A stretch of 64,000 bases of DNA from an uncultured Pseudomonadales bacterium (GTDB lineage: Bacteria > Patescibacteriota > Microgenomatia > UBA1400 > CAYXSR01), in NCBI GenBank assembly GCA_964430265.1, contig CAYSEI010000002.1, forward strand, positions 20,769 through 84,768, read 5' to 3'. A program made the position numbers and the translations under genes. A model generated the notes under the pieces. It ran no database searches. It had not been told where the DNA came from and saw nothing but the letters and a program-made list of their open reading frames with translations. Of this stretch, positions 1-9,072 are shown in pieces. Within the stretch, counting starts at the first letter, position 1, and the number at the start of each line of letters is the position of its first letter.

Positions 1-38
1 TTTCCTGTAATGGAGTAATAAAGGATGAGTAAATTCAT
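1..38 (-). CDS. Flavodoxin-like protein, N-terminus only (runs off window)
   Basis: Minus-strand ATG at 38 reads MNLLILYYSITG, matching the flavodoxin 'ILYYS-x-TG(N)T' FMN-binding start; TGcTAGAGT -10 box 7 nt upstream. Not in ORF track. Confidence 0.6.
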   Translation of the reverse strand, partial: MNLLILYYSITG

Positions 39-156
39 CTATTTTACTCTAGCATAAATATAAAAAAAACAACAGCATTACTTTTATTAAAAAGTTGTTT
101 CTAAAAAAAGAATATTTTTCCGTTATTGAAATAAGCTGTCTTTTTTAATAATTTAG

Positions 157-336
157 TTATTCTGTTTCAGTATTGTTTGTTTCCTTAGGTTGATTTTCCC
201 ACTCTCTGTTTTCCCAAGCTTTGATGTCTTTCTCTCTTTCTTCTTTTCTTTCATGTTCTTTTCTTTCATGTTCTTTTCTTTCATGTTCTTTTTTTTCTTC
301 AATATGACGGTCTAGTTCGGAGCCTATTAATGGCAT
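157..336 (-). CDS. Small highly charged protein (59 aa) with KEHER repeats
   Basis: Reads MPLIGSELDRHIEEKKEHERKEHERKEHERKEEREKDIKAWENREWENQPKETNNTETE*; preceded by AAAAGGAG SD; below ORF-track size cutoff. Confidence 0.65.
   Translation of the reverse strand: MPLIGSELDRHIEEKKEHERKEHERKEHERKEEREKDIKAWENREWENQPKETNNTETE
241..292. repeat. 15-bp tandem repeat (TTCTTTTCTTTCATG x3 plus partial)
   Basis: Three exact copies at 241, 256 and 271; in-frame, encodes (KEHER)n on the minus strand. Confidence 0.9.
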
Positions 337-492
337 ATTTTTCTCCTTTTTAAATTTTGTATATATATTATCCAGTTTAACAGAAATATTTTTTTGTTAA
401 AATACCAAAGATTTTTACTGGTTTTATTGTTTCTTTTAATTATGAATTTCTGTTAGGATAAAAATAATTAAATATAAAGGAGGTGAATTAAT

Positions 493-639
493 TTGAAAAA
501 ATATGAAGGTTTATCAGGATTAGAAAATTTCTTTTATTATCTTTTTGTTTTTTTGTCATTAGGGGCATTGTGGCTGTACAAAGTTGCTTGTAAAAAGGCG
601 GTTGCGGAAGTATTAAATCAGGAACAGGGAAGTAATTGA
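493..639 (+). CDS. Small single-TM membrane protein (48 aa)
   Basis: AAAGGAGGTG SD at 476-485, then TTG start: MKKYEGLSGLENFFYYLFVFLSLGALWLYKVACKKAVAEVLNQEQGSN*; one hydrophobic segment. Confidence 0.65.
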   Translation: MKKYEGLSGLENFFYYLFVFLSLGALWLYKVACKKAVAEVLNQEQGSN

Positions 640-776
640 AAGAAAAAAGAATAAAGATTGTAAAATACTATAATAATAAAAACATGTCAAATTGACAGCA
701 GTGAAAAGAGCTAGATATTAGAGAAGTTAGTTTAAATAATTAGAATAAATAAAGAAAACTAGCTAAAACAAAAAAC

Positions 777-805
777 TTGACTATCTGTTTGTTTTAAACT
801 AATCT
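777..805 (+). promoter_or_regulatory. Sigma70-type promoter, probably leaderless
   Basis: TTGACT(777-782)-17 nt-TAATCT(800-805)-7 nt-ATG(813). Confidence 0.55.
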
Positions 806-812
806 ATGGTTA

Positions 813-2936
813 ATGGAAGTACCTAAAAAAGAATCTGATACAAAACACATTAATCAAGAAAGCAATTCTAAAAAATTTTCAAAAAAGATAAATGTTTTTA
901 AAAACATTTATTGGTTTTTTGTTTCATTACCTCTTTTGTTGGTGATTATTTTTGTTATTTACAGTTTATTTTCTGATCCAGTTCCCGGACCTGGACCAAA
1001 AGCTTCACTAAAGCCGCCGGATAAATCTAAGTTTAATTTATCAATGAAGAAATTTACCTCTTTAGAAGAAATGAAAGCATACTTGGAGGAAGCATCTGCG
1101 GCTGAAGATTTAGGTTTTTATTCAATAATTACTCCAAGAAGTATGGAAACATTTGATATTAATTCTTCCCAGTCAGACATTAATGTTGAGGCTCCTATTA
1201 TGGGGATTCCTGAGGCAGGTGGTGGAAGAGCAGAAAGAGTTTCTGAAACCAATGTTCAAGTAGTAGGAATTGATGAGCCGGATATTGTTAAGACAGATGG
1301 AAAAGAAATATATTATTCACAAGCTGGCTACTACCAATATTTTTCAACACCGACCATAGATAGATCAGATGGGGTTGTTATGAATCAAGAAGAAAAAGAC
1401 ACAAGAGTACCTTCTAAGCCAGAATATCTTACCAGGATAATCAGGGGATTTCCTCCGGAAGATTTAAAAGAATACAGTAGTATTGATAAAACAGGAGACT
1501 TACTTTTGGTTGATAATATGCTACTTGTTTTTCCAAGCGGGTCTTACTACGGATCCAACAGTTCCCAGACAATTAACGGATTTGACGTTTCGGACCCGAC
1601 AAATGCAAAAGAAGAATGGGATATAGAACTGGATAGCCGGGTGACAATAGTGGATGCCAGACTTTACAAAGACAAAATATATTTGGTAACTCAGCAAAGG
1701 ATAAACAGAAATAAACCTTGTCCAATAAAACCGATGTTGGTAAACGGAAGAGAAATAGTGATGGAATGCAATGACATTTATTATCCCGGAGTCAATGCAC
1801 CTGCAGATGTAACTTTTAATGTGATGAAGATTAATCCCCAGAACGGAGAAATTGAAGAAAAGTCTTCATTTATTGGTTCATCCGGAATGTCTATTGTATA
1901 TATGTCTCCCAATGCCATATATACAACCTACACTTATTACAACAGTATTTTTGATTTTCTCTATGGTTTTTTTGCGGAAAATGCAGGAGATTTAATTCCC
2001 GAGTCAATTGTAGAAGATATGAAAAGAGTTAAAGAGTATGATCTTAGTGATGCAGCTAAAATGACTGAGTTTGAGAATATAATTGTGGAATGGATGGATG
2101 GTTTAAGCGAAGACGAAATGCTTAGGGTTGAAAACGAATTAACAGATAAAATGGAAAACTATGCCCAAGAAAAAGGAAGGGATTTGGAAAGTACGGGAAT
2201 AGCAAAAATTAATTTGCAAAATCTGGAAGTAGATTCAACAGGAGTTGTTCCCGGGCATCCTTTGAATCAGTTTGCTTTGGATGAGTATAAAGATAATCTA
2301 AGAATTGCAGTAACAATAAACAATGATCTGGGTGGTGAAAGCGCAAATGATGTATATGTTTTAGATTCCAGTTTGAACGAAGTGGGTTCAGTTAAAAACT
2401 TAGGATTGGACGAAAGCATTTATTCAGTCAGGTTTATTAAAGACCAAGGATATCTGGTTACTTTTAAACAAATAGATCCTTTTTATGTATTGGATCTGTC
2501 TGATCCTACAAATCCTCAAATGACTGGGGAGCTAAAAATACCTGGTTATTCTTCATATTTACATCCTTTGACTGAAGAGATGATTTTAGGAATTGGCAAG
2601 GAAGAAGGAAAAGTAAAACTTGCAGTCTTTGACGTTTCTGATCCGTCTGATCCCAAGGAAAAAGACAAGTATATGTTGGATGAATACTGGTCAGATATTT
2701 TAGATACGCACCATGCATTTTTACTTGATTCTAAACATGAGATTTTCTTTCTTCCAGGAAATAAAGGCGGATATGTTTTTTCATATGATGAAGGTAATCT
2801 TTCTTTAGAAAAAGCGGTTAAAGACGTCCAAGCAGCTAGGGCAATCTATTTAGAAGACTACTTGTATATTTTAGGCAGAGAAATAACGGTTCTGAATGAG
2901 AACGACTGGACTGAAGTTAATTCCTTAAGTTTTTAA
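813..2936 (+). CDS. Membrane-anchored protein with C-terminal beta-propeller (COG4880/Beta_propel-like)
   Basis: N-terminal TM; family-typical motifs SETNVQVVGIDEPDIVKTDG, LNQFALDEY, ESIYSVRF, VTFKQIDPFYVLDL, GELKIPGYSSYLHP. Confidence 0.85.
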   Translation: MEVPKKESDTKHINQESNSKKFSKKINVFKNIYWFFVSLPLLLVIIFVIYSLFSDPVPGPGPKASLKPPDKSKFNLSMKKFTSLEEMKAYLEEASAAEDLGFYSIITPRSMETFDINSSQSDINVEAPIMGIPEAGGGRAERVSETNVQVVGIDEPDIVKTDGKEIYYSQAGYYQYFSTPTIDRSDGVVMNQEEKDTRVPSKPEYLTRIIRGFPPEDLKEYSSIDKTGDLLLVDNMLLVFPSGSYYGSNSSQTINGFDVSDPTNAKEEWDIELDSRVTIVDARLYKDKIYLVTQQRINRNKPCPIKPMLVNGREIVMECNDIYYPGVNAPADVTFNVMKINPQNGEIEEKSSFIGSSGMSIVYMSPNAIYTTYTYYNSIFDFLYGFFAENAGDLIPESIVEDMKRVKEYDLSDAAKMTEFENIIVEWMDGLSEDEMLRVENELTDKMENYAQEKGRDLESTGIAKINLQNLEVDSTGVVPGHPLNQFALDEYKDNLRIAVTINNDLGGESANDVYVLDSSLNEVGSVKNLGLDESIYSVRFIKDQGYLVTFKQIDPFYVLDLSDPTNPQMTGELKIPGYSSYLHPLTEEMILGIGKEEGKVKLAVFDVSDPSDPKEKDKYMLDEYWSDILDTHHAFLLDSKHEIFFLPGNKGGYVFSYDEGNLSLEKAVKDVQAARAIYLEDYLYILGREITVLNENDWTEVNSLSF

Positions 2937-2953
2937 ACATTTAAAGTGTTTAA

Positions 2954-3403
2954 ATGAAGAAAAAAGATTTACTGCCACCGCAGATTTTAATAATATTTAT
3001 GGCGGGCATGGTTTTTTTTCATTTTGTCTTTCCCATTAATAAGATTGTTTTCTATCCTTTAACATTTTTGGGTTTGGCTATTTTTTTATTAGGTATGGCT
3101 TTTAGTATTTGGACAGACAGTTTTTTTAATAAATATAAAACAACAATTAAGCCTTTTGAAGAACCGACTTCTTTAATTACGGAAGGGCCTTTTTTATTTA
3201 GTCGTCACCCGATGTATTTAAGTTTTATTTTTATCCTTATTGGGTTGGCAGTTATGTTGGGTAGTCTAACTCCGTTTGTATTTCCCCTATTACTTTTTTT
3301 AGTTCTGGAGTTTATTTATGTAAAAAAAGAAGAAGAACATATGAAAGAAAATTTTGGACAGAAATATTTAGACTACAAAAAAAGAGTCAGAAAGTGGATA
3401 TAG
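2954..3403 (+). CDS. Isoprenylcysteine carboxyl methyltransferase / PEMT (Ste14) family membrane protein
   Basis: LITEGPFLFSRHPMY and EEEHMKENFGQKYLDYKKRVRKWI motifs; multiple TMs. Confidence 0.85.
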   Translation: MKKKDLLPPQILIIFMAGMVFFHFVFPINKIVFYPLTFLGLAIFLLGMAFSIWTDSFFNKYKTTIKPFEEPTSLITEGPFLFSRHPMYLSFIFILIGLAVMLGSLTPFVFPLLLFLVLEFIYVKKEEEHMKENFGQKYLDYKKRVRKWI

Positions 3404-3464
3404 TTTCTTTTTGATTCTCCTCCTTTTATCCTTAATGGGTTCGTAATAAAATTACTTTAGAAAT

Positions 3465-4139
3465 ATGGAAATAAAAAGAATAATTCGTTCTAAACGTAGA
3501 AGTATTGGTTTGCAAATTAATTCTAGAGGAGAGCTTATTATTCGTGCACCTAAAAGAATATCTATAAAAAAAATAAATAGGGTTATTGAAAAACATAGTA
3601 ACTGGATTAGAAAAAAAATAATCCAAGCAAAAAAGCAAAAAAGTGAAGTTCCGCAAAAGAAATTTGTCCAAGGGGAAGAATTTCTTTTTCTGGGCTTAAA
3701 ATATTGGTTGGATTTTAGAAAACAAAATAAAAAAATAGTTTTAGACAAAAAAAATTCCCTAATTTGTATAAGTGATAAAAACAAAAAACAAACTAAAAAA
3801 ATAATAAAAGAATGGTACCAAAACAAAGCTGAAGAACTATTGATTAATAAAACAAATAAATTTGCTAAAGAAAAAGATTTGAAAATAAACAAAGCCAAAA
3901 TATCTTGGGCAAAAAAGCGCTGGGGATCCTACAGTAATAAGAGTAGAAATATAAATTATAACTGGAGACTAATTATGGCACCGGAGTTTGTCATAGACTA
4001 TGTGGTAATTCATGAATTGGTCCATTCAAAACAATCTAATCACTCTCAAAAATTTTGGAAAAAAGTTGAACAAATGTATCCGGAATATAAAAAGGCTAAA
4101 AAATGGCTAAAACAAAAAGGTCATTTGTTAAAACTATGA
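3465..4139 (+). CDS. YgjP/DUF45 (M48-like) metal-dependent hydrolase
   Basis: RSKRRSIGL N-terminus, RWGS, NWRLIMAP, YVVIHELVH (HExxH), NHSQKFW. Confidence 0.9.
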   Translation: MEIKRIIRSKRRSIGLQINSRGELIIRAPKRISIKKINRVIEKHSNWIRKKIIQAKKQKSEVPQKKFVQGEEFLFLGLKYWLDFRKQNKKIVLDKKNSLICISDKNKKQTKKIIKEWYQNKAEELLINKTNKFAKEKDLKINKAKISWAKKRWGSYSNKSRNINYNWRLIMAPEFVIDYVVIHELVHSKQSNHSQKFWKKVEQMYPEYKKAKKWLKQKGHLLKL

Positions 4140-4194
4140 TAAAGAATTAAATCAGGCTAAAAAAACACCCCACTTTTATATATAATAAAGTAAG

Positions 4195-4593
4195 ATGAAA
4201 AATATTCAAATTCAGAGTGATAAATCAGATCAAATTATTGATATTACAAGTAAAATAAACAAATTTTTAGACGAAGCAAAAGCTGATACTGGTCTATGTG
4301 TAGTAACAACAGCACACACTACATGTTGTTTAACCACAGCAGATTTAGATCCCGGTACTGGCAAAGATCTATTAGAAGCTTTAAGAAAAATGTTTCCTAA
4401 AGGAAACTACCGCCATCCCCATAATCCTGAACATGTAGGAGACCATATTCTTTCTTCAATTATTGGGCCATCAATCAGTTTATCAGTTAAACAAGGTGAG
4501 CTTGTTTTAGGAACTTGGCAAAAAGCAATATTGGTTGAACTGAATGGGCCCAGAAAAAGGGAACTCAATCTCTGTTTTTTGACAGAGAAATAA
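4195..4593 (+). CDS. yjbQ: YjbQ/UPF0047 family protein
   Basis: HTTCCL, YRHPH..DH, LVLGTWQ, ELNGPRKR motifs. Confidence 0.9.
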   Translation: MKNIQIQSDKSDQIIDITSKINKFLDEAKADTGLCVVTTAHTTCCLTTADLDPGTGKDLLEALRKMFPKGNYRHPHNPEHVGDHILSSIIGPSISLSVKQGELVLGTWQKAILVELNGPRKRELNLCFLTEK

Positions 4594-4613
4594 TTAAGTG
4601 CTATGCTTAAATT

Positions 4614-5093
4614 GTGAAAAGGATACTGCCCTTAACTATCTTATTGTTTCTAATATTTACTTCTGTATCTTTTGCTGCCGGGTTTAGTTTAAAATCAATT
4701 AATGGTGTAAGTACGGACGGAACCTGGTCATCTCAATGGTATCATACTGACTTACAGCCGACACTTAGCGGAGATGCACCAGCAGAAACTGAATTAAAAA
4801 TTCTAGTTGACGGTCAGGAATACACAACTACAGCTACAGATGAGGGTCAATGGTCCTGGACGGCACCTGAGTCTCTTTCTGCGGGAGATCATAATATGGT
4901 TTTACAAAACAGCGGAGGAGAAATTAGTTTTACCTTAACGCTGGGTGAAGAAAATGTAGATACAAATAAGTTTGCTTCAGGTAGTGGTAGTAAAATGCCT
5001 ACTGTGGGTATAGTCAGTCCTACTTTTTTTCTTTTAGGAGCAGGGACAATTCTATTGTTAATGCCCAAATTAAAAGAAGTTCTTCTTAAATAA
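4614..5093 (+). CDS. Secreted Ig-like domain protein with C-terminal PxxG-TM sorting-like signal
   Basis: Signal peptide (VSFA), Ig-like QPTLSG...GQWSWT...LSAGDH, C-terminal MPTVG-IVSPT-hydrophobic-KLKEVLLK; GTG start. Confidence 0.7.
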   Translation: MKRILPLTILLFLIFTSVSFAAGFSLKSINGVSTDGTWSSQWYHTDLQPTLSGDAPAETELKILVDGQEYTTTATDEGQWSWTAPESLSAGDHNMVLQNSGGEISFTLTLGEENVDTNKFASGSGSKMPTVGIVSPTFFLLGAGTILLLMPKLKEVLLK

Positions 5094-5122
5094 ATAACAT
5101 TTCCTGATAAAATAAAGGGGAA

Positions 5123-5926
5123 ATGTTTAGATTTTTTAAAAAATACCAAGCTACTTTTAATACCCAAATCAAAAATACCTTTGTTTACAGAGGAATGCTA
5201 ATAATTTGGATGATTGGTTGGTTATTATCTTTTTTAACTTCTGTCTTTCTCTGGAATTCTGCCCAAACAAAAGGAAGTTTAGCCGGTTTTACTAAGGACC
5301 AAATTATAAGTTATTATTTTATTGGTATGTTTGTCTGGCAGGTAGTTGGATGGTTTCCGTTTTATACAATAATAGAGAAAATAAGAAACGGAGAAATATC
5401 TAATATGGTTATAAAACCAATCAATTTTTATTGGTATATGTTTGTTCAAGAGCTTGCTTGGCACGTAGTTAATACTTTTATTTTTTCTTTATTGTTGTTT
5501 TTTATCTTTTTTTTAGTTAGAGCTAATCTTTTTTTGCAGTTTCAATTATCTAGTGTTTTCCTCTTTATCTTAGCTTTAGCAATTGCTGCTTTTATTGTTT
5601 TTGGGATGTCTATGATTTTAAGCACACTGGCTTTTTGGTTAATTCGTGCACAAGGAGTGGCTTCTTTATTTTGGATTCTTTTGTCCCTTTTAGGAGGGCA
5701 AATGCTTCCATTACGTTTTTTTCCCAGCCAATATCAGACTTTTATCAATATTACTCCTTTTAGGTTCATGTATTCTTTCCCTATTGAAATTCTCTTGGAA
5801 GATATGGGTAAAAATGAACTAATTTATTCTTTTTCCTTGGGAATTTTTTGGGTAATATTTTTTTACTGGCTTTTTCATTTATTATGGCAAAGAGGATTAA
5901 AAAATTTTACTGCCTGGGGAAGTTAA
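5123..5926 (+). CDS. ABC-2 family permease (DUF990/ABC2_membrane_6-like)
   Basis: About 6 TM; IRNGEISNMVIKP and LGGQMLPLRFFP motifs. Confidence 0.85.
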   Translation: MFRFFKKYQATFNTQIKNTFVYRGMLIIWMIGWLLSFLTSVFLWNSAQTKGSLAGFTKDQIISYYFIGMFVWQVVGWFPFYTIIEKIRNGEISNMVIKPINFYWYMFVQELAWHVVNTFIFSLLLFFIFFLVRANLFLQFQLSSVFLFILALAIAAFIVFGMSMILSTLAFWLIRAQGVASLFWILLSLLGGQMLPLRFFPSQYQTFINITPFRFMYSFPIEILLEDMGKNELIYSFSLGIFWVIFFYWLFHLLWQRGLKNFTAWGS

Positions 5927-6721
5927 ATGAGGATCAAAAGGTATTTAAAACTGTTTTTGGAGTTTTTTAGATTTAGTTTTAAGGCTGATATTGAATTTCG
6001 CGGTAATCTGATATTTTATACAATTGAAAATATTTTGTGGCTGATTTTAGCAGTTGTAGGTATAAACTTAATATTCGGACAGATACATTCAATTGCAGGT
6101 TGGACAAAAAATGAAGTTTTTTTAGTGTTATTTATTGGTGCATTGTTTAGTGATTTATCTTGGACTTTAATATTTCGAAATTTAAACAAGTTTTCTCAGC
6201 TAATAAGAGAAGGAACTTTAGACTATTATCTTTTGAAACCTACTAACTTGCGTTTTTTACTATCTTTTCGAATCATAGAATTTGATCACTGGATAAGAAT
6301 TGTTCTGGAATTATTTTTAATTTATAAATACACACTTTTAACTAGCGGGTATTTATCATTTTTAAACATATTGTTATTTATTTTTGTTTTTATCTGCGGT
6401 TTTATTATTTTTTATTCAATATTTTTTGCAGCAACAATAACTAATATCTGGTTTGTTAAACTGGAAAACTTGGTTCATTTGTTTCAAAATATAAAAAATA
6501 TGGGTGATCGCCCGGTATATATTTATAAAAAAGGTTTTTTATTCTTTTTTTCCTTTATTCTGCCAATTGGATATATTGCCACCTTTCCTGCTCAGGCTTT
6601 GATGGGGGAAATAAGTACAATAAAATTAATTGCTGGTCCTATTTTGGCAATATTTCTTTATTGGCTATCGCATAGATTTTTCAAATTCGCCTTAAAATAT
6701 TATTCGTCAGCTTCAAGCTAA
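5927..6721 (+). CDS. ABC-2 family permease (DUF990-like), second subunit
   Basis: IAGWT, IREGTLDYYLLKP, C-terminal YSSASS typical of this family. Confidence 0.85.
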   Translation: MRIKRYLKLFLEFFRFSFKADIEFRGNLIFYTIENILWLILAVVGINLIFGQIHSIAGWTKNEVFLVLFIGALFSDLSWTLIFRNLNKFSQLIREGTLDYYLLKPTNLRFLLSFRIIEFDHWIRIVLELFLIYKYTLLTSGYLSFLNILLFIFVFICGFIIFYSIFFAATITNIWFVKLENLVHLFQNIKNMGDRPVYIYKKGFLFFFSFILPIGYIATFPAQALMGEISTIKLIAGPILAIFLYWLSHRFFKFALKYYSSASS

Positions 6722-6744
6722 AACTTAGTATTAAACCTGTTAAC

Positions 6745-6772
6745 TTGACAAAAAATAGTAAAAGAGTATAAT
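6745..6772 (+). promoter_or_regulatory. Consensus sigma70 promoter of DUF134 operon
   Basis: TTGACA(6745-6750)-16 nt-TATAAT(6767-6772). Confidence 0.8.
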
Positions 6773-6778
6773 AAGTTA

Positions 6779-6792
6779 TGAACCATAGTTCA
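6779..6792. promoter_or_regulatory. Palindromic operator at the transcription start
   Basis: TGAAC-CATA-GTTCA perfect 5-bp arms, 6 nt downstream of TATAAT. Confidence 0.55.
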
Positions 6793-6817
6793 AAAGTTAA
6801 TTGATTAAATTAAAAAC

Positions 6818-7327
6818 ATGGTAAGACCAAAAAAACCAAGAACAATATCGCAAAAACCAAAAAACAGGTATTTCAAGCCTCGCTCTGTCCCATTGAATAA
6901 ACTGGAGCAAATAGAGCTTAAATTTGAAGAGCTGGAAGCGATTAAACTAGCTGATTTGAAAGATATGACGCATCAACAAGCATCGAAATTAATGAATATT
7001 TCTCGGCCAACGTTTACAAGGGTATTACAGTCAGCACGTTATAAAGTTGCCAAGGCGCTTAATAATGGCCAGGCAATTGAAATTAAAGGAGGTGAATATA
7101 AAATGAGTCCAAGAGGAAGAGGGTTTGGTCCAGGAAAAAGACAAGGTAGAGGTAGAGCAGCTGGTGGAAGAGGAAGAGGTAGGATGGGAGGACCTTTTGC
7201 AGCCGGTCCAGGGGGAAAATGTGTTTGCACAAATCCGGACTGTAAAAATGAAATAGAACATTTAGTAGGACAGCCCTGTTATCAAAAAAAATGTCCTAAG
7301 TGTGGAAGTCCAATGGTAAGAGAATAA
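6818..7327 (+). CDS. DUF134 (UPF0251) HTH protein with Gly/Arg-rich linker and Cys-rich Zn-ribbon C-terminus
   Basis: MVRPKKPR..YFKP..EELEAIKLAD..MNISRPTF..AR.KVAKAL; C-terminal CVCxxxxC..PC..CPKCG. Confidence 0.9.
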   Translation: MVRPKKPRTISQKPKNRYFKPRSVPLNKLEQIELKFEELEAIKLADLKDMTHQQASKLMNISRPTFTRVLQSARYKVAKALNNGQAIEIKGGEYKMSPRGRGFGPGKRQGRGRAAGGRGRGRMGGPFAAGPGGKCVCTNPDCKNEIEHLVGQPCYQKKCPKCGSPMVRE

Positions 7328-7365
7328 GTACAATTTAATAAAATATTAAAGAAGGGATTGCTGAT

Positions 7366-7752
7366 ATGACAAAAATTGCAATTGCAGCAACTGGGAATAG
7401 TAAACAAGATCAAGTAGATTCTCATTTTGGCAGGTGTCCGTATTTTTTCTTTGTCGACACTGAAAATGAAGAATATCATGCAGTTGAAAACCAGGCACAA
7501 AAAGCTTATGGAGGTGCGGGAATTTCAGCAGCTCAATTGATTGTTGATTCAAAAGCTGAAGCAGTGATAACAAAAAATATTGGGCCCAAAGCAGTTAGTG
7601 TTTTAAGTCAAACAGATGTAGATATATATCTGGCAGAGAAAGAACAAAATATTGAGCAAGCACTTAATGCCTTTAAAAAAGGTAAACTGGAAAAAATAAT
7701 AAAAGCAAATGTAGACATGGGAAGAGGCGGAAGAAGTAGAAAAAGTATTTAA
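7366..7752 (+). CDS. NifB/NifX (dinitrogenase FeMo-cofactor-like, COG1433) family protein
   Basis: KIAIA..HFGRCPYF..GGAGISAAQ..NIGPKA. Confidence 0.9.
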   Translation: MTKIAIAATGNSKQDQVDSHFGRCPYFFFVDTENEEYHAVENQAQKAYGGAGISAAQLIVDSKAEAVITKNIGPKAVSVLSQTDVDIYLAEKEQNIEQALNAFKKGKLEKIIKANVDMGRGGRSRKSI

Positions 7753-7818
7753 ATTATTAAATAGAAAATATTAAAGTTTTGTAGATTTAAAAGAACTTAA
7801 TTATCAAATAAGGGAAAA

Positions 7819-9072
7819 ATGAATAATATAATGCAACTCAAAAAAGGTGAAAAGGTAGCACGCTCAGCCTTGATTTTAGAATCAATCTTGGCTGCAAGCA
7901 AAGCTATTGTCGGATACTTAAGTGGTAGTTTGGTTTTAATATCGGATGCAGTTCACAGTGCATCTGATCTTTTGCCTATTTTTGCCAGCTATTTGGGATT
8001 AAAAATTGCACAAAAAGATCCGGATGAGAAGTTTGCTTACGGATATTATAAAGCGGAAAATATTGCTTCTGCTATGGTTTCTGTATTAGTCCTTTTTGCC
8101 GGATATAAAGTTATTAGTTCTGGAATAAATAACCTGGATAAAATATCCTCCCCTAATATTCCTTTTATTGCTATGGCGGTGTCATTAGTAGATGCAGTTG
8201 TGCTTTTCTTTTTTGGTAAGTATGAAATTAAAGTGGCGGAGGAAATTAATTCAAACAGTTTAAAAACCATGGGTAAAGAAAACCGTACTCATATTTTTAC
8301 TTCTTCTACTGTGCTTGTGGGTATTTTAGCCAGCTACTTGGGAATTCCTTATTTAGAAGGAATATTTACAATCGGAATTTCCTTTTTAATATTTGAAATT
8401 GGGTTGACTTCAGGAAAGGATGCAATATTGGCTTTAATGGATGTTGTTCCGCAAAAAGAAATTGAAGAAAAAATTGCAAAAGCAATTGCTTCAGTTCCAG
8501 GAATTGAGGAATATTATGATTTAAAATTAAGACGTTCAGGACCATATATTTTAGGTGAAACTAAGGTAGGGGTAAGAAAATCGATTGATGTTAAAAAATC
8601 TCACGAAATCTCTGAAAAAGTGGAAGAAGCTGTTAAAAAAGAAGTTCAAGTAGTAGATTCTTTTACAGTTCATGTTGAACCGTTCAAAAGTGAGTATCAA
8701 CACCTTGTTTTACCAGTTAAGAGCAAAAAGGGTTTGCAAGCAGAAATTGCTCCCCAATTCGGCAGAGCTGCGTATTTCCTTTTTGTTAATTTGAAAAAGA
8801 ATGAAGTTAAAGGACATTTTACAACTGAAAATAAATATAAAAATAAAAAGGTTAGAGCTGGATTGGAAGCTGCAAAAATGATTGTACAAAAGAAGAGTAC
8901 TGCAGTTATAACTAGTGAGATGGGTGAAATTACTTTTCATTTTCTTAGGGATAATCTTTTTGATATTTTTAAAACAAGTGATAATAAAGCAGAAGGTGCA
9001 ATTGGAAAATTTAAAAAAGGACAATTAGAAATGTTGAAGCAGCCTACTAAGAAAGCAGAAGGAAATGAATAG
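7819..9072 (+). CDS. Cation diffusion facilitator (CDF) fused to C-terminal NifX-like domain
   Basis: SDAVHSASD, FAYGYYKAE, LRRSG, VHVEP, followed by QFGRAAYF...MGE NifX-like module. Confidence 0.9.
   Translation: MNNIMQLKKGEKVARSALILESILAASKAIVGYLSGSLVLISDAVHSASDLLPIFASYLGLKIAQKDPDEKFAYGYYKAENIASAMVSVLVLFAGYKVISSGINNLDKISSPNIPFIAMAVSLVDAVVLFFFGKYEIKVAEEINSNSLKTMGKENRTHIFTSSTVLVGILASYLGIPYLEGIFTIGISFLIFEIGLTSGKDAILALMDVVPQKEIEEKIAKAIASVPGIEEYYDLKLRRSGPYILGETKVGVRKSIDVKKSHEISEKVEEAVKKEVQVVDSFTVHVEPFKSEYQHLVLPVKSKKGLQAEIAPQFGRAAYFLFVNLKKNEVKGHFTTENKYKNKKVRAGLEAAKMIVQKKSTAVITSEMGEITFHFLRDNLFDIFKTSDNKAEGAIGKFKKGQLEMLKQPTKKAEGNE

Noticed and set aside
241-292. CRISPR array
   Set aside because: Contiguous 15-bp units with no spacers, in-frame coding, and no cas genes.
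685-697. TGTCAA-A-TTGACA palindrome as an operator
   Set aside because: Equally explained as back-to-back -35 hexamers; no second copy or cognate regulator seen.
2932-2954. Palindrome TTTAAACA-N7-TGTTTAAA at a gene junction
   Set aside because: Almost all A/T and overlapping a stop, a -10 box and a start; plausible by chance.
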